A DNA stretch of 64,000 nucleotides from IMG/VR virus record IMGVR_UViG_3300034279_001376, positions 44,776-108,775 of that record; one strand, given 5' to 3'. Under the pieces are notes generated by a model. That model saw nothing but the letters and a program-made list of their open reading frames with translations, was not told the origin of the DNA and searched no databases. Position numbers and translations under genes: made by a program. Position 1 is the first letter of the stretch; every line of letters begins with the position of its first letter. Shown piece by piece: positions 43,448 through 53,795 of this stretch. The DNA is from a virus (lineage: Duplodnaviria > Heunggongvirae > Uroviricota > Caudoviricetes).

Positions 43448-45673
43448 ATGATAAAATACATAGGTAAAACAGAAGAAAACTTTGAGCACGCAAGTCCACA
43501 GGAATGTCTGGATTGGTGCTTAAAACAGCAAGTGTTAGTCTTAGACACAGAGACTACAAGAAAGTACCCTAAAGGTACTTATGATGAATCAGTGTACAGG
43601 TCTGGATTGGATCCTAAATTGAGCAATATTATTATGTTGCAAATAGGAAACCAAGAAAGGAAATACATTATTGACGCACGAATAATAGATGTGAGGTTTT
43701 TAAAACCAGTGTTAGAAGGGCCTATACTAAAGATTCTTCATAATGCAAAATTTGATGCCAAGCATCTTTTAGAATTAGATCTTACGCTCTATAATGTATG
43801 GGACACCATGATTATAGAACGGGTCTTACACAACGGATGGAATTATTCTTACTCCTTGGAGGCAACAGCAAAAAGATACGGTTTAATTCAATCTAATATC
43901 TTGCCTGAATTGTTTGATATAGAAGAAGAGGAAGAAGAGGAATTAGATTTTTTAGACGGTAAAGAAGAAAAGGTTTTTGTTGACAAGTCAATAAGAACTC
44001 AATTTGTAGAGTGGGGTGATAAGCCTTTCACAGAGAAGCAGATTTTGTATGGTGCATCTGATTTGGATTTACCACTTAAAATCTACAATCGACAGAAACA
44101 AGGAACAACAGTAAATGGTGAATTGTATCTTCCTCTAAAGGGATTTGCAGTGGAAAACGAAACTGTTTTAGCCTTGGCTCAAGTGGAAAGGGAAGGAATT
44201 AAAGTTGACATAGAAGGATGGTTGGCACTTGAAAAAATAAACCTTGAGAAATATAGGGAGAAAAAGAAAATACTTGACAAGTACATTATCAGTTATTTTC
44301 CGAATTATACGTCAGGAGTTGATCTCTTCTCTAACGAGGAAACATGCGGGATAGATTGGCAGTCTCCGAATCAAGTTATTAAACTATTCAGAGGGCTGGA
44401 TATTTGCCCCAAAGAGAAGTCTAAGCAAACTGGGAAGATGGATTGGACTGTGGGAGCCAAAGCACTGTTTAAACTCCTTACAAACGAGAATAAGGAGAAA
44501 TTCCAAAACTCTGAAACTATTGAGTTTAAGGATAAGAATGATACTCAGGCTTTAATTCTTAATTTCCTAGTCTTCAAGAAGTACCAGATGTTAACTACTA
44601 CATTTGGCTCCAAATATCTTAGGTGGGTTCACCCTATCACTGGAAAAATTCACACTAATTTCCGTCAGTATATGAATACTGGCAGAATGAGCAGTAGTTC
44701 GCCCAATTTACAGAACGTGCCAGCAGGAAAAGAATGGAGAAAACTTTTCATCAGTGAAGAAAATGAAGACATGGTTGCAGTGGACTTTGAGAGTCAGGAA
44801 ATAAGATACCTTTCTGTTTTGGCCAATCTTCAAAACATGAAAGACTTTTTTATTAAAGGTAATGAAATCTTTGGTGCGGATTTCCATGCGTTCAGTGCCA
44901 CAAATATGATGAGAGTTGTAAAGAATGATCCTACTCTTTTAATCACTAAGAAAACTCACCCCAAAGAAAGGACCATAAGCAAAACTTTGACTTTTGGTAT
45001 TAACTATGGAAAAGGTTCTTTTTCAGTGTCTCAGGAACTAGGAATCGAAGAATCAGAAGCCATAAAATTTATAGACGGATTTTTGGATGGTTTTCCCGGC
45101 TTGAGGGAAAACTTTGCCAAGAGAAAAAAAGCAGCAACAGATAACGGATGGATAGAAATAAGCCCTTACACTAAAAAAAGATATTTCTTTCCTGAATTTA
45201 AAGAGATGAAAGACAGTGAGACTTTAGCAAGGTCTTATTATACGGAGGAACACAATGAGAAATCCAAGAAGATTAATGTTGCTCTCAAAGGTAATTTAAC
45301 CAAAGAACAAAAAGCAGATTTATTGGAGCAAAAACAGGCTTTAAAGGATGAATTGTACGCAAAACACCCAGAGTTAGGCCCTTTGTGGAAACGAGTAATG
45401 ACTTTAAAAGGCAAACTAGAGAGAAGGGCATTAAACTTTGGAATACAAGGAGGTTGTTCAGAAATGACCAAAATTGCTTTGTGTCTTATGGTTAGAGCCA
45501 AAATTAGAGTTATATTGATTATTCACGACGAATTTCTTGCAGTATGTAAGGAACCAGAGAGTGAATATGTAGGAACAAAAATCAAAGAATTAATGGTCAG
45601 TGCAGGTGCTCGATACAGTAATGATGTAAAATTTACTGGTGATGCTGCTACTGGTAAATACTGGATACACTAA
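43448..45673 (+). CDS. polA: family A DNA polymerase (Pol I-like) with 3'-5' exonuclease domain
   Basis: Exo I VLVLDTETT, Exo II LHNAKFDAKHL, Exo III YGASDLD. Pol motif A VAVDFESQEIRYL, motif B RTISKTLTFGINYG, motif C IIHDEFL. Confidence 0.9.
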   Translation: MIKYIGKTEENFEHASPQECLDWCLKQQVLVLDTETTRKYPKGTYDESVYRSGLDPKLSNIIMLQIGNQERKYIIDARIIDVRFLKPVLEGPILKILHNAKFDAKHLLELDLTLYNVWDTMIIERVLHNGWNYSYSLEATAKRYGLIQSNILPELFDIEEEEEEELDFLDGKEEKVFVDKSIRTQFVEWGDKPFTEKQILYGASDLDLPLKIYNRQKQGTTVNGELYLPLKGFAVENETVLALAQVEREGIKVDIEGWLALEKINLEKYREKKKILDKYIISYFPNYTSGVDLFSNEETCGIDWQSPNQVIKLFRGLDICPKEKSKQTGKMDWTVGAKALFKLLTNENKEKFQNSETIEFKDKNDTQALILNFLVFKKYQMLTTTFGSKYLRWVHPITGKIHTNFRQYMNTGRMSSSSPNLQNVPAGKEWRKLFISEENEDMVAVDFESQEIRYLSVLANLQNMKDFFIKGNEIFGADFHAFSATNMMRVVKNDPTLLITKKTHPKERTISKTLTFGINYGKGSFSVSQELGIEESEAIKFIDGFLDGFPGLRENFAKRKKAATDNGWIEISPYTKKRYFFPEFKEMKDSETLARSYYTEEHNEKSKKINVALKGNLTKEQKADLLEQKQALKDELYAKHPELGPLWKRVMTLKGKLERRALNFGIQGGCSEMTKIALCLMVRAKIRVILIIHDEFLAVCKEPESEYVGTKIKELMVSAGARYSNDVKFTGDAATGKYWIH

Positions 45674-45996
45674 TGGAAAATAAAATAAAATTAGGGCAAG
45701 AGTTAATTGTAACTACAAAAACTCAATACAGAGGTGGGGTAAGAATATGCACTAAAGCAAAAGTAGTAGAGATAGGAGATATTTATTTCAAGTTGGAAGG
45801 GTTTACATTTAAAAATTTAGAATTTAACATAGAAACTCTTGAAAACCAAAAATTCAAATGCTATTCAAATAGTCAAGTTTTACAAGATGAAATAGACAAA
45901 AAACATGTATTAAAACATCTTCAATACCTTTTACCCGGCTTGTCTCTCAAGGAACTAAAATCCATTCACTCAAAAATTTTACAAAGTGCATTATGA
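45673..45996 (+). CDS. hypothetical protein
   Basis: 107 aa ORF with ATG start. Confidence 0.5.
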   Translation: MENKIKLGQELIVTTKTQYRGGVRICTKAKVVEIGDIYFKLEGFTFKNLEFNIETLENQKFKCYSNSQVLQDEIDKKHVLKHLQYLLPGLSLKELKSIHSKILQSAL

Positions 45997-46370
45997 CATA
46001 CCAAGAACTAAAAGCAGAACAAACCAAAAGAGTTTCAGAAATCTTAGAAAGAAACAAAGTGTTTTTTGCTTTTTCTCAGAAACAATATTTAGAAAATCAA
46101 ACACCTGCTGAAAATGGAGTAGTAGCCATAGGGAGTGGAGGGTACTTACCTAGTGAGAACAAACAAACGTACTTACTAGACATGATAGAACTGGATTTCT
46201 GGTTCAAAAAAGAAGTATTAGAATGCAAAGAAGAAGCAATAGACTACGAACTAGGGAACTATGAGTGTTATTACACACACGATTTAGAACCTGTTTACGA
46301 TTTATTTTTTGATGTATTTTCCGAGGATGATATTATGAACATTTACAAACAAAATTTATGCAAACAATAA
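45993..46370 (+). CDS. hypothetical protein
   Basis: 125 aa ORF with ATGA overlap. Confidence 0.5.
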   Translation: MTYQELKAEQTKRVSEILERNKVFFAFSQKQYLENQTPAENGVVAIGSGGYLPSENKQTYLLDMIELDFWFKKEVLECKEEAIDYELGNYECYYTHDLEPVYDLFFDVFSEDDIMNIYKQNLCKQ

Positions 46371-46585
46371 AACAATGGTTTGAAGGATGTAATGAAGAAT
46401 GGGCAAAAGAGGCTTTAAAAATAACTAAGTACCCTAATAAAGAAGTTTCATTGCTTAGTCAGGCTTTATTACATGCTTTTAATTGGAATGCATCTAATAG
46501 AAAAAAGAAAGAGAGTTGGTTAACTATTTATAGCATAATAAAACAAAAAGAAATAGATGAGCAAAACAATAAAGGAATGGTTTGA
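46358..46585 (+). CDS. small protein, tandem paralog pair A1
   Basis: MQTIKQWFEGCNEEWAKEALKITKYPNKEVSLLSQALLHAF... is similar to the next ORF. Confidence 0.5.
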   Translation: MQTIKQWFEGCNEEWAKEALKITKYPNKEVSLLSQALLHAFNWNASNRKKKESWLTIYSIIKQKEIDEQNNKGMV

Positions 46586-46787
46586 ATGGGCTAAAGAACA
46601 AGTCCATAAAGACGGAAGTAGGTTATACCCTTGGGCAGAAGAGGCTTTACAATTATGTAAATGGCCACATGAGGAACATGACAGTTTAAATAATGCTCTT
46701 TTAGGAGCATTTCTTTTCTCAGATGACTTAGACCGGAATTGGTACGGAATTTATAACAGTCTAGAATATGAAACATATGAGATTTAA
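46557..46787 (+). CDS. small protein, tandem paralog pair A2
   Basis: MSKTIKEWFEWAKEQ...WAEEALQLCKWPHEEHDSLNNALLGAF... shares TIK.WFE...EEAL...P..E...L..ALL.AF with A1. Confidence 0.5.
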   Translation: MSKTIKEWFEWAKEQVHKDGSRLYPWAEEALQLCKWPHEEHDSLNNALLGAFLFSDDLDRNWYGIYNSLEYETYEI

Positions 46788-47355
46788 AATATATCATTAC
46801 CCGCAGGTTCCTTGTAAACCTTTTAAAGTGGAAGTAGATTCCATAGAAAAAGCAATGCTACTTGAAAAAGTACTTGCTGAGCAGCATTTGTTTCTTTTGA
46901 AAGAAAATATAATTCCTGATTACTGCAATGTAATTACGGTACAAATGTGGAATGAAGAAGAACAAGATTGGTGTGATTATGACACAGACGGAAATGACTG
47001 GGAAACAATCCAAGAACTTTATTGGGAGAAGCAACCAAAGTTTAAAGATTTGAAGTTTGAAACAGAAGATGAATTCGAGGAATGGTTGTATAAAACACAT
47101 TTAGTAAGGATTGAACTCTTTGGAGATCAAGACTTAACTACATTGTTTGTAGCCGAGTCTGGAGAAATTCTTTTGTCCAATCTTCAAGGAGATATTTGGC
47201 ATGGAAAATTTGTAGATTTTGAAATGCCAAAAGTTTTAGATTTTGAAACCTTAAATCAAAAAGAAAAAACGTATCTTAAAATTTTTAACAACGATTTAAT
47301 GAAGTGGGAAACCACTAATTTAGAAATCGAACAAATAATTCCAAACACAAAATGA
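46768..47355 (+). CDS. hypothetical protein
   Basis: 195 aa ORF with ATG start. Confidence 0.5.
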   Translation: MKHMRFKIYHYPQVPCKPFKVEVDSIEKAMLLEKVLAEQHLFLLKENIIPDYCNVITVQMWNEEEQDWCDYDTDGNDWETIQELYWEKQPKFKDLKFETEDEFEEWLYKTHLVRIELFGDQDLTTLFVAESGEILLSNLQGDIWHGKFVDFEMPKVLDFETLNQKEKTYLKIFNNDLMKWETTNLEIEQIIPNTK

Positions 47356-47708
47356 CAGTATCATTAAAATTAGAAAATGATGAGGAATTAAGGGCTTATG
47401 TAAAAGACCTTATTAAAGGACAAATGATGAGTGTGATCCGAGAGGAGACACTCAATTTAGTTCAAGCAGAGTTGACTAGAAAAGTTAAGGGTATGGATAT
47501 TCCATATTTTGAAAGACTGGTTAAAGAGGCTTTAAACAAACACACCAAAGATTATTTAGATTCAGCATCAAGAAACTTAGGAGCCTTACTCCAACCAGCA
47601 GTTTTTGCTCGTGTGGATGAAATGTTCACAAATGAGGCACTAACAGAATCTTTGGTTAACAGTTTAGTACAGAAAAAATTTCAAGAATTAATAAAAACAG
47701 TACAATGA
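47352..47708 (+). CDS. hypothetical protein
   Basis: 118 aa ORF with ATGA overlap. Confidence 0.5.
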   Translation: MTVSLKLENDEELRAYVKDLIKGQMMSVIREETLNLVQAELTRKVKGMDIPYFERLVKEALNKHTKDYLDSASRNLGALLQPAVFARVDEMFTNEALTESLVNSLVQKKFQELIKTVQ

Positions 47709-48367
47709 TTCAACCAGAATACACAGTAATCATAGACGGAAGAAAAAGAGGAGTTTATTTGTTAAATCAAACCCACGAAATAGAAGGTGAAGAATCTGAT
47801 AAATGGGTGAGTTTAATGAATATGCCTTTTGGGGAAGATGAAATAGAAGAAGGCATAAAGGCTGGTTTATTAGTTCCTTATCATTCTTTTATTGAACGGT
47901 TCTGTTGGGACATCAAGATTTATCAGAAAAACTTTACTAAAGAGAAGTGGGATAAAACTATTTTTAGAAGCCAAACAGTTTGTGAAATGAGATGCAATGG
48001 AACTTTAGTGTATTCTTTCACAACCACTGGTAGTTCGGATGGAATGTCATTTGCATTTGCCAAGGCTCAATACCTTCAAACAATTCTGGTAGAGCACCCT
48101 TTTAATTTTTTAGAACCTGAAAAAGAGCAAGGTAGAGAAATTTTATTTTATGGATTACCTGCCCAAGTAGAAATTAGACAGGGGTATGAGAAATGGAAAA
48201 TAAATATATGCCCATTATACACAGAGCACACTAAAGAGAAATGGTGGAAACTTCTTATTGAAAGATCCTCAGCCTCTGATGAAGAAAGAGAGGATTGGGA
48301 AGAGTATAAAGAATCAGATTACATTAACTGGGGGGATGCACTCTCCGATCAACACATTAAATGGTAA
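47705..48367 (+). CDS. hypothetical protein
   Basis: 220 aa ORF with ATGA overlap. Confidence 0.5.
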   Translation: MIQPEYTVIIDGRKRGVYLLNQTHEIEGEESDKWVSLMNMPFGEDEIEEGIKAGLLVPYHSFIERFCWDIKIYQKNFTKEKWDKTIFRSQTVCEMRCNGTLVYSFTTTGSSDGMSFAFAKAQYLQTILVEHPFNFLEPEKEQGREILFYGLPAQVEIRQGYEKWKINICPLYTEHTKEKWWKLLIERSSASDEEREDWEEYKESDYINWGDALSDQHIKW

Positions 48368-48370
48368 ATT

Positions 48371-50320
48371 ATGTTTAAAGATTTAAAAGCACAAGTTCAA
48401 GAAAATTTTAAAACTTTTGGTCAACTTTATGTAGTTGATTTAAAGTTAGACAGTCTATGGGATGCCTATTTGGATGGGTTTCCAGATGAAACAGAAAGGC
48501 AACACCACAATTGTAATTGTTGTAGGTCGTTTATTAAACACTATGGTAACATAGTTGAAATTAAAGGAGGAAAAATCAGAAGCATTTGGGATATACCAGT
48601 TTTTGGTATTTATGAAACGCCTTTAAAAAACATGAAGAAATTGGTAGAGTGTGCAAGCATTAAAAACCTATTCGTGACCTCAGAAAACAAAATAGGAACC
48701 GATTTCAACCACCAAGTTACTGAAAGTGGTACTATTCGCAGAGACCATTTTCACTTGGACTTAAAACATTCTTTTAAAGTTTCTCCCGTTTCTGGAAGCA
48801 TAGAAGCCAAAGAAGGAAATTTCACTGCAACTTTTCAAGTTTTTAAGCGTGGGTTAACTGAAATCCCAGTACATGTTTTACAGACTACACTTGACCTTAT
48901 AAACCAAGGCTCACTAGAAAGAGGTAATGAGTTTAAAACCAGCATAGAAAAATTCTTGGCTCTTAAAATTCAATACGACAAAAACCCAAATGATATTTTT
49001 ATTTGGCAAAACATTTTAGGACCAGAATCAGTGCTCAGAATCAGGAATATTTCAATAGGTACTTTCTTGCAAGACTTGAGTGAAAACAAAGATTTGGATT
49101 TTGCAGTGGAAAAGTTTGGAAGATTAATGTCACCAACAAGTTATAAAAGGCCAACAAGTCTTTACACACCTGCTATGGTGAAAGCAGCCCAAGAAAAACT
49201 TTCTGAACTAGGATACTTAGAGTGTCTTAATCGAAGACTAGCAGTAGCCAGTGATTTGGAACTCAAAAACCTATTGTGGCAGAACCCTGAGAAGGTTCAA
49301 ACAGATGTATTTGCTCAAATGATTAAAGAGGCTCCTAAGAACTTGAGTAAAGTGGAGGAAATGTCATGGGAGGATTTTCAGAAGAAAGTGTTACCAACAG
49401 CCACTTCATTGGAGGCTTACGTGGAAAATACTCATTTGCCCAATTTTATGACTTTGACCACCTCTGACAACCCTAAGACTATGTTCAAATGGGATAACCA
49501 AACAGCATGGTATTACACAAATGATGTGGCTGATTCTCTCAAAGAAAGAGTCAAAGAGGCTAAAGGTAAAGTAGATGGGTTTATGCGTATTTCACTAGGA
49601 TGGACCAATTCTGATGATTTGGATTTACATGTGATAGAGCCAAAAGTAGGAGGGCATAATGTAGAGATTTATTACGCAAGTAAAATATCAAACAGAACCG
49701 GAGGTCAATTAGATGTGGATATGAACGCAAGTTCAATCAGTAAAAATCCAGTAGAAAATATATTTTACCCTTCTAAAGAGCGTCTGAGTGCAGGTACTTA
49801 CAAAGTAGAAATTCATAATTACAGGTGCAGAGCAGACAATAACCAAGGTTATAAAGTCGAAATAGAAGTTAATGGTGAAATCTATAACTTTGAGTCAACT
49901 ACCAATCCTTCTGTTGGAAGACCCGTACTTGCTTTTGAATTTACCGTGGATGAAGAACACAACGTTAAAGTTAAAGGTAACAAAACAGGTTCTGCAAGCA
50001 AATGGGGGGTTAAGTTAAACACTTTCGAGAAGGTAAATTTCGTGATGAAATCTCCAAATTATTGGGGAACTAATCAAGGAAATGAGCATGTGTTCTTTAT
50101 TTTAGAAAACGCAAAATCAGACGAAGAAACACGTGGGTTCTTTAATGAGTACCTTTCACAGGAACTCACAGAACAAAGGAAAGTATTTGAGACTCTAGGA
50201 AGTAAAACCAAAATCCCAATAGGAGATGAACAACTTTCAGGGTTGGGTTTTACCAAAGGGAAATCTTTAACAGTTCAAGTTAAAGGTACTTTTAATCGTA
50301 CTTTAAAAATTAATTTCTAA
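48371..50320 (+). CDS. large hypothetical protein with N-terminal Cys cluster
   Basis: 649 aa with ATG start. HHNCNCCRSF near the N-terminus suggests a zinc site. No recognised catalytic motif. It sits in the replication module. Confidence 0.55.
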   Translation: MFKDLKAQVQENFKTFGQLYVVDLKLDSLWDAYLDGFPDETERQHHNCNCCRSFIKHYGNIVEIKGGKIRSIWDIPVFGIYETPLKNMKKLVECASIKNLFVTSENKIGTDFNHQVTESGTIRRDHFHLDLKHSFKVSPVSGSIEAKEGNFTATFQVFKRGLTEIPVHVLQTTLDLINQGSLERGNEFKTSIEKFLALKIQYDKNPNDIFIWQNILGPESVLRIRNISIGTFLQDLSENKDLDFAVEKFGRLMSPTSYKRPTSLYTPAMVKAAQEKLSELGYLECLNRRLAVASDLELKNLLWQNPEKVQTDVFAQMIKEAPKNLSKVEEMSWEDFQKKVLPTATSLEAYVENTHLPNFMTLTTSDNPKTMFKWDNQTAWYYTNDVADSLKERVKEAKGKVDGFMRISLGWTNSDDLDLHVIEPKVGGHNVEIYYASKISNRTGGQLDVDMNASSISKNPVENIFYPSKERLSAGTYKVEIHNYRCRADNNQGYKVEIEVNGEIYNFESTTNPSVGRPVLAFEFTVDEEHNVKVKGNKTGSASKWGVKLNTFEKVNFVMKSPNYWGTNQGNEHVFFILENAKSDEETRGFFNEYLSQELTEQRKVFETLGSKTKIPIGDEQLSGLGFTKGKSLTVQVKGTFNRTLKINF

Positions 50321-50871
50321 TGGTCACAAAAGAAGAGATTTTTGCAGAAAAACTTGGGGTTCTTAAACAATTTCAACGTAATTACCCGGAATCAGTTTTA
50401 GGAGGGAGCATTGCACTCTTTTTGTATGGGGTGGATTTAAAGAGAGATTTAACTATGTCTGATTTGGACTTCTGTATGCCAGACTGTACTAAATTGATAG
50501 AAAATAGATTAAATAAAGAACCAGTTAAAAATTCGCAAGAAATTTCTGGTTCTGATTTTAGGTACAAAGTCAATTTAAACCACAAAACAGAAGGTTATTT
50601 TACAAAAGTAGAAGTAAGTGAGAGAGATTGTGATTTTGTTTACAAAACTTACGAAGGATCTATTTATAAACTTCAAACTTTGTCTGATATTATTTTGTGG
50701 AAAGCACATTACGCTTTTAAAGGAATTCCTAAACACAGAGAAGATTTACAAGAAATCATTCACAGCAGATTTCCTAGCACAAAACCTTACCCAAATGAAT
50801 TACAAAATTTTATTGAAAAATACAAATCATCAACCCCCACTGTCCTAGAAGACGATGGGTTACCATTTTAA
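50320..50871 (+). CDS. possible minimal nucleotidyltransferase-fold protein
   Basis: 183 aa. GGSIALFLYGVDLKRDLTMSDLDF fits the Pol-beta NTase pattern hG[GS]-x(9-16)-DhD. Weak evidence. Confidence 0.4.
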   Translation: MVTKEEIFAEKLGVLKQFQRNYPESVLGGSIALFLYGVDLKRDLTMSDLDFCMPDCTKLIENRLNKEPVKNSQEISGSDFRYKVNLNHKTEGYFTKVEVSERDCDFVYKTYEGSIYKLQTLSDIILWKAHYAFKGIPKHREDLQEIIHSRFPSTKPYPNELQNFIEKYKSSTPTVLEDDGLPF

Positions 50872-50877
50872 TAAATT

Positions 50878-51270
50878 ATGTCACAAACAATTAATTGGGA
50901 GAAGGCTCTCCGAATGAAACTCACTTTCTTGCACAAAGGAGTTACTTCTTTGCAAGATTTATGGTTCCTTGAAGTAGAGGAATTGGACACAATTGCGGTT
51001 AATTTAAATGCAAGTCTGGAAACTAAAAAGGCTAGTTTTCTTAGTCCCAACACTAAAGATGAATTGAACACTTTCAAACTTGAAATAGTTCTTTACATTA
51101 TGGGTGTTAAACAAGCGGAAGAAACTGCTAAATTAACTGCTCGTGCAGAAGAAAAAGCAAAAAGGGATCAAAAGAACCTTCTTGATGCTCTTATTGCAGA
51201 AGATGAAATGGAATCAGTCAGAAAGTTATCCTTGGAAGAAAAGAAAAAACTTCGAGACGCACTTTCTTAA
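50878..51270 (+). CDS. hypothetical coiled-coil protein
   Basis: 130 aa with ATG start and a charged helical C-terminal half. Confidence 0.5.
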   Translation: MSQTINWEKALRMKLTFLHKGVTSLQDLWFLEVEELDTIAVNLNASLETKKASFLSPNTKDELNTFKLEIVLYIMGVKQAEETAKLTARAEEKAKRDQKNLLDALIAEDEMESVRKLSLEEKKKLRDALS

Positions 51271-51282
51271 AACATTTTAAAA

Positions 51283-51308
51283 GCCCTCATGTGTAAAAGC
51301 ATGGGGGC
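51283..51308 (+). terminator. hairpin gccctcatg-tgtaaaag-catgggggc after the 50878-51270 gene
   Basis: 9-bp stem with one U-G pair. No clear T-run, so it may be a processing or stability element rather than a terminator. Confidence 0.3.
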
Positions 51309-51329
51309 AAACACTATTATGGAAAGACA

Positions 51330-51542
51330 ATGACTAGAATCGAAGAATTACTCGCAAAAAGAAAGGAACTAACTGCTACTCTTGAAGAAGAGATAGAACT
51401 TTTAGAACTTGTTAAAACTGTTCCACAGGAAGAATTTGACAAAATAGATGAAAGCCTTTTAAAAATTTCAAGTGAAGGCAGGCTTGGTAAAATGATAAGT
51501 TTAATTGATAAAATGATAGAAAAAATAAATGAGACACAATAG
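51330..51542 (+). CDS. small coiled-coil protein
   Basis: 70 aa with ATG start. Preferred over the antisense table ORF 51317-51592 because of strand consistency and helical periodicity. Confidence 0.45.
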   Translation: MTRIEELLAKRKELTATLEEEIELLELVKTVPQEEFDKIDESLLKISSEGRLGKMISLIDKMIEKINETQ

Positions 51543-51951
51543 AGAACCAATTGGTAATACATGTGGTCAAATTGACAAGTACATAAAGTCAATTAACGCA
51601 GCCACCTATGACGTAAACTATTTAAAAAAAGACCTTAATAGGGAAGATTTGGTGGAGTTTGCAATAGAAATGAGCGAGGAATTGACTAGATGTGAAGACT
51701 ATTTAGAGGATTTACGCAGTTCTAATTCCACACTTAGGGACTGGGGTTGCAATGAAGCGAGAAGAGTAGATGAATTAAAACAAACTGTTGACGTTTTAGA
51801 ACAAACTAAAACAGATTTGGAAAACCTTGAGGCAAAATACTCAGAGTTGGAACAAAAATACAGTGATATACTAATGGAATTACAAGACGTTAAGTATGAA
51901 TTAAAGGGTTGTAGAAAAGATTTAGAATGGTATGAAGATAAGCATAAATAA
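51529..51951 (+). CDS. hypothetical coiled-coil protein
   Basis: 140 aa ORF with ATG start. Confidence 0.5.
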   Translation: MRHNREPIGNTCGQIDKYIKSINAATYDVNYLKKDLNREDLVEFAIEMSEELTRCEDYLEDLRSSNSTLRDWGCNEARRVDELKQTVDVLEQTKTDLENLEAKYSELEQKYSDILMELQDVKYELKGCRKDLEWYEDKHK

Positions 51952-53204
51952 TGACTAGAGACCAATTACAAGCAAAATGCCTTGAGTACCCAAAGGATGC
52001 TAACATAGCATTAATCTGGGCCCCAAGAGTAGGAAAGACAAGAGGAGCCATTAACTGTTTAGGAGGTGAATCAGTATTGGTAGTGTCTAATTCAGAACTT
52101 ATAAGGGATGACTGGAAAATCAGCCTCAAGGATTACACAGGAAATTGGAATTCCATTTGTTACCAGTCTTTAAAAAGTGTTCAAGGAAATTGGGATACTG
52201 CAATCTGTGACGAGGCTGATTTAATTACGGAAAATTATTATACGTCTTTGTCTGAACTTGGAATTAAGAGATTTATTTTCTTAACAGGAACTCCTACTTT
52301 TAGAAGCAATCAGTTTATGGCAAAATTGGCTCCTAAAGTCACTAAAAGTTTGGTGACAATGGATATGGCAATTTCTTACGGGATCTTACCAGTGCCAAAA
52401 ATTACGTGTTTAGGACTAAGTTTGAGGAGTGACAAACAAGAATGTTTGTTTCAAATAGGTAAAAATCAAAAGTTTCCAGTTAAATACGCTAAGTACGGGG
52501 AGCATTTCCAGCATCTGAAAACAAAAGGAATCAGGCTTCATGTACAATGTACAGAAGTAGAATGGTATTCACTTGTAAACGCTGAAATTGAGTATTGGAA
52601 TGCAATTGTCCAGAATTATCGAAAATTGGACAACCTTGAGCAGTTGAGAGATTACGGAGAAGAATACAAAGAATTAAAAAAGATAGTAAGCAATTACAGG
52701 GTTCCTAAAGAAATGGCTCTTAATGTCCTCAAGCAGTCAGGGCTTAAAAGAAAAAATTTCTTAGCAGATAAGAAAAACAGGTACATTGAACGTTTGTTTA
52801 AGTTTTTCAAGGTAGAAAACGAAAGGGTGATTGTGTTTGCTAATTCTATTCCTCAAGCAGAGTTTATTAATCCCGACTGTGTGATCCACTCCAAGTTAAA
52901 ACTGAAAAAAGGAGAAAAAAATCCTTTGGACAAATTTAATTCTAAAGAGATAGATGTGCTGATTTCCGTAGGAATGCTTTCAAGAGGAGTTGCTGTACGT
53001 GACGTACACACATCTTTCATTCTGCAAATACCCGGAAGTGATGCAGATGCTATGCAAAAAGCATCTCGTAATTTATTGGATGATACTCCAAGGTTAGTTT
53101 TAGCGTATTTTAGAGGAACCAAGGATGAAGACAATGTAAAAAAATTTGTTAACAAGTTTAACCCAGACTATATAGAATGGGTTAACGTAGCCAACACTAA
53201 ATAA
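51951..53204 (+). CDS. SF2 DEAD/DEAH-box family helicase
   Basis: Motif I APRVGKTRGAI; motif II ICDEADL; motif III FLTGTP; C-terminal SVGMLSRGVAVRD resembles motif VI. ATGA overlap with the upstream gene. Confidence 0.65.
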   Translation: MTRDQLQAKCLEYPKDANIALIWAPRVGKTRGAINCLGGESVLVVSNSELIRDDWKISLKDYTGNWNSICYQSLKSVQGNWDTAICDEADLITENYYTSLSELGIKRFIFLTGTPTFRSNQFMAKLAPKVTKSLVTMDMAISYGILPVPKITCLGLSLRSDKQECLFQIGKNQKFPVKYAKYGEHFQHLKTKGIRLHVQCTEVEWYSLVNAEIEYWNAIVQNYRKLDNLEQLRDYGEEYKELKKIVSNYRVPKEMALNVLKQSGLKRKNFLADKKNRYIERLFKFFKVENERVIVFANSIPQAEFINPDCVIHSKLKLKKGEKNPLDKFNSKEIDVLISVGMLSRGVAVRDVHTSFILQIPGSDADAMQKASRNLLDDTPRLVLAYFRGTKDEDNVKKFVNKFNPDYIEWVNVANTK

Positions 53205-53575
53205 TGGACAGATTAGGAATGCTTCCATACTCGGAAGATTTGATTCAAGAAATACAATCAAAAAAAGACAAACTAATAAGAAAGTTATTTCTTTCAATAG
53301 CATTAGATTGTCTGAATAACACCAAGCCAATCAATTACAATCCAGATACATACTTTAATGATGCTGGAACAACTTGGGATGTAATAGGAGGAGTTTATTT
53401 AAGGTATGCAAAACCTGCTAATTTGGAAATTTCTAAATGTTCTTCTCATTTTTATGAATGGAAAAATGAAGTTTTTTCATACTTTAGCAATGAAGAACTT
53501 GAAACAATGTTTGTTAATAAACTTAGTTTAGATGACGCAAAACTAACAATTCAAAACAAACTCAACAATGAATAG
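53204..53575 (+). CDS. hypothetical protein
   Basis: 123 aa ORF with ATG start. Confidence 0.5.
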   Translation: MDRLGMLPYSEDLIQEIQSKKDKLIRKLFLSIALDCLNNTKPINYNPDTYFNDAGTTWDVIGGVYLRYAKPANLEISKCSSHFYEWKNEVFSYFSNEELETMFVNKLSLDDAKLTIQNKLNNE

Positions 53576-53795
53576 ACACATTTGGGAAGGTTGGACTGTT
53601 AATGATTTCATTAATGAATTGGAACCTATGTTTGACATGATTATGAAAGGAAACTCTCATGTAAACCCATTCAAATCAAGGGGAGAAGTTCAAGCATGGT
53701 GCATGAATAACCAACCGTATTACAAAAAACACATACCAGAAGTAGTGAATTATTTTGAGCAAAAAAGATTAGAACTAAATGGCATTAAACAGTAA
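53568..53795 (+). CDS. small hypothetical protein
   Basis: 75 aa ORF with ATG start. Confidence 0.45.
   Translation: MNRHIWEGWTVNDFINELEPMFDMIMKGNSHVNPFKSRGEVQAWCMNNQPYYKKHIPEVVNYFEQKRLELNGIKQ

Noticed and set aside
48371-50320. ATP-dependent DNA/RNA ligase call for the 649-aa protein, based on KVDGFMR.
   Set aside because: Ligase motif I is KxDGxR with strict spacing. Here the spacing is off by one, and the other nucleotidyltransferase motifs (III, IV, V) were not recognisable. Left as hypothetical.
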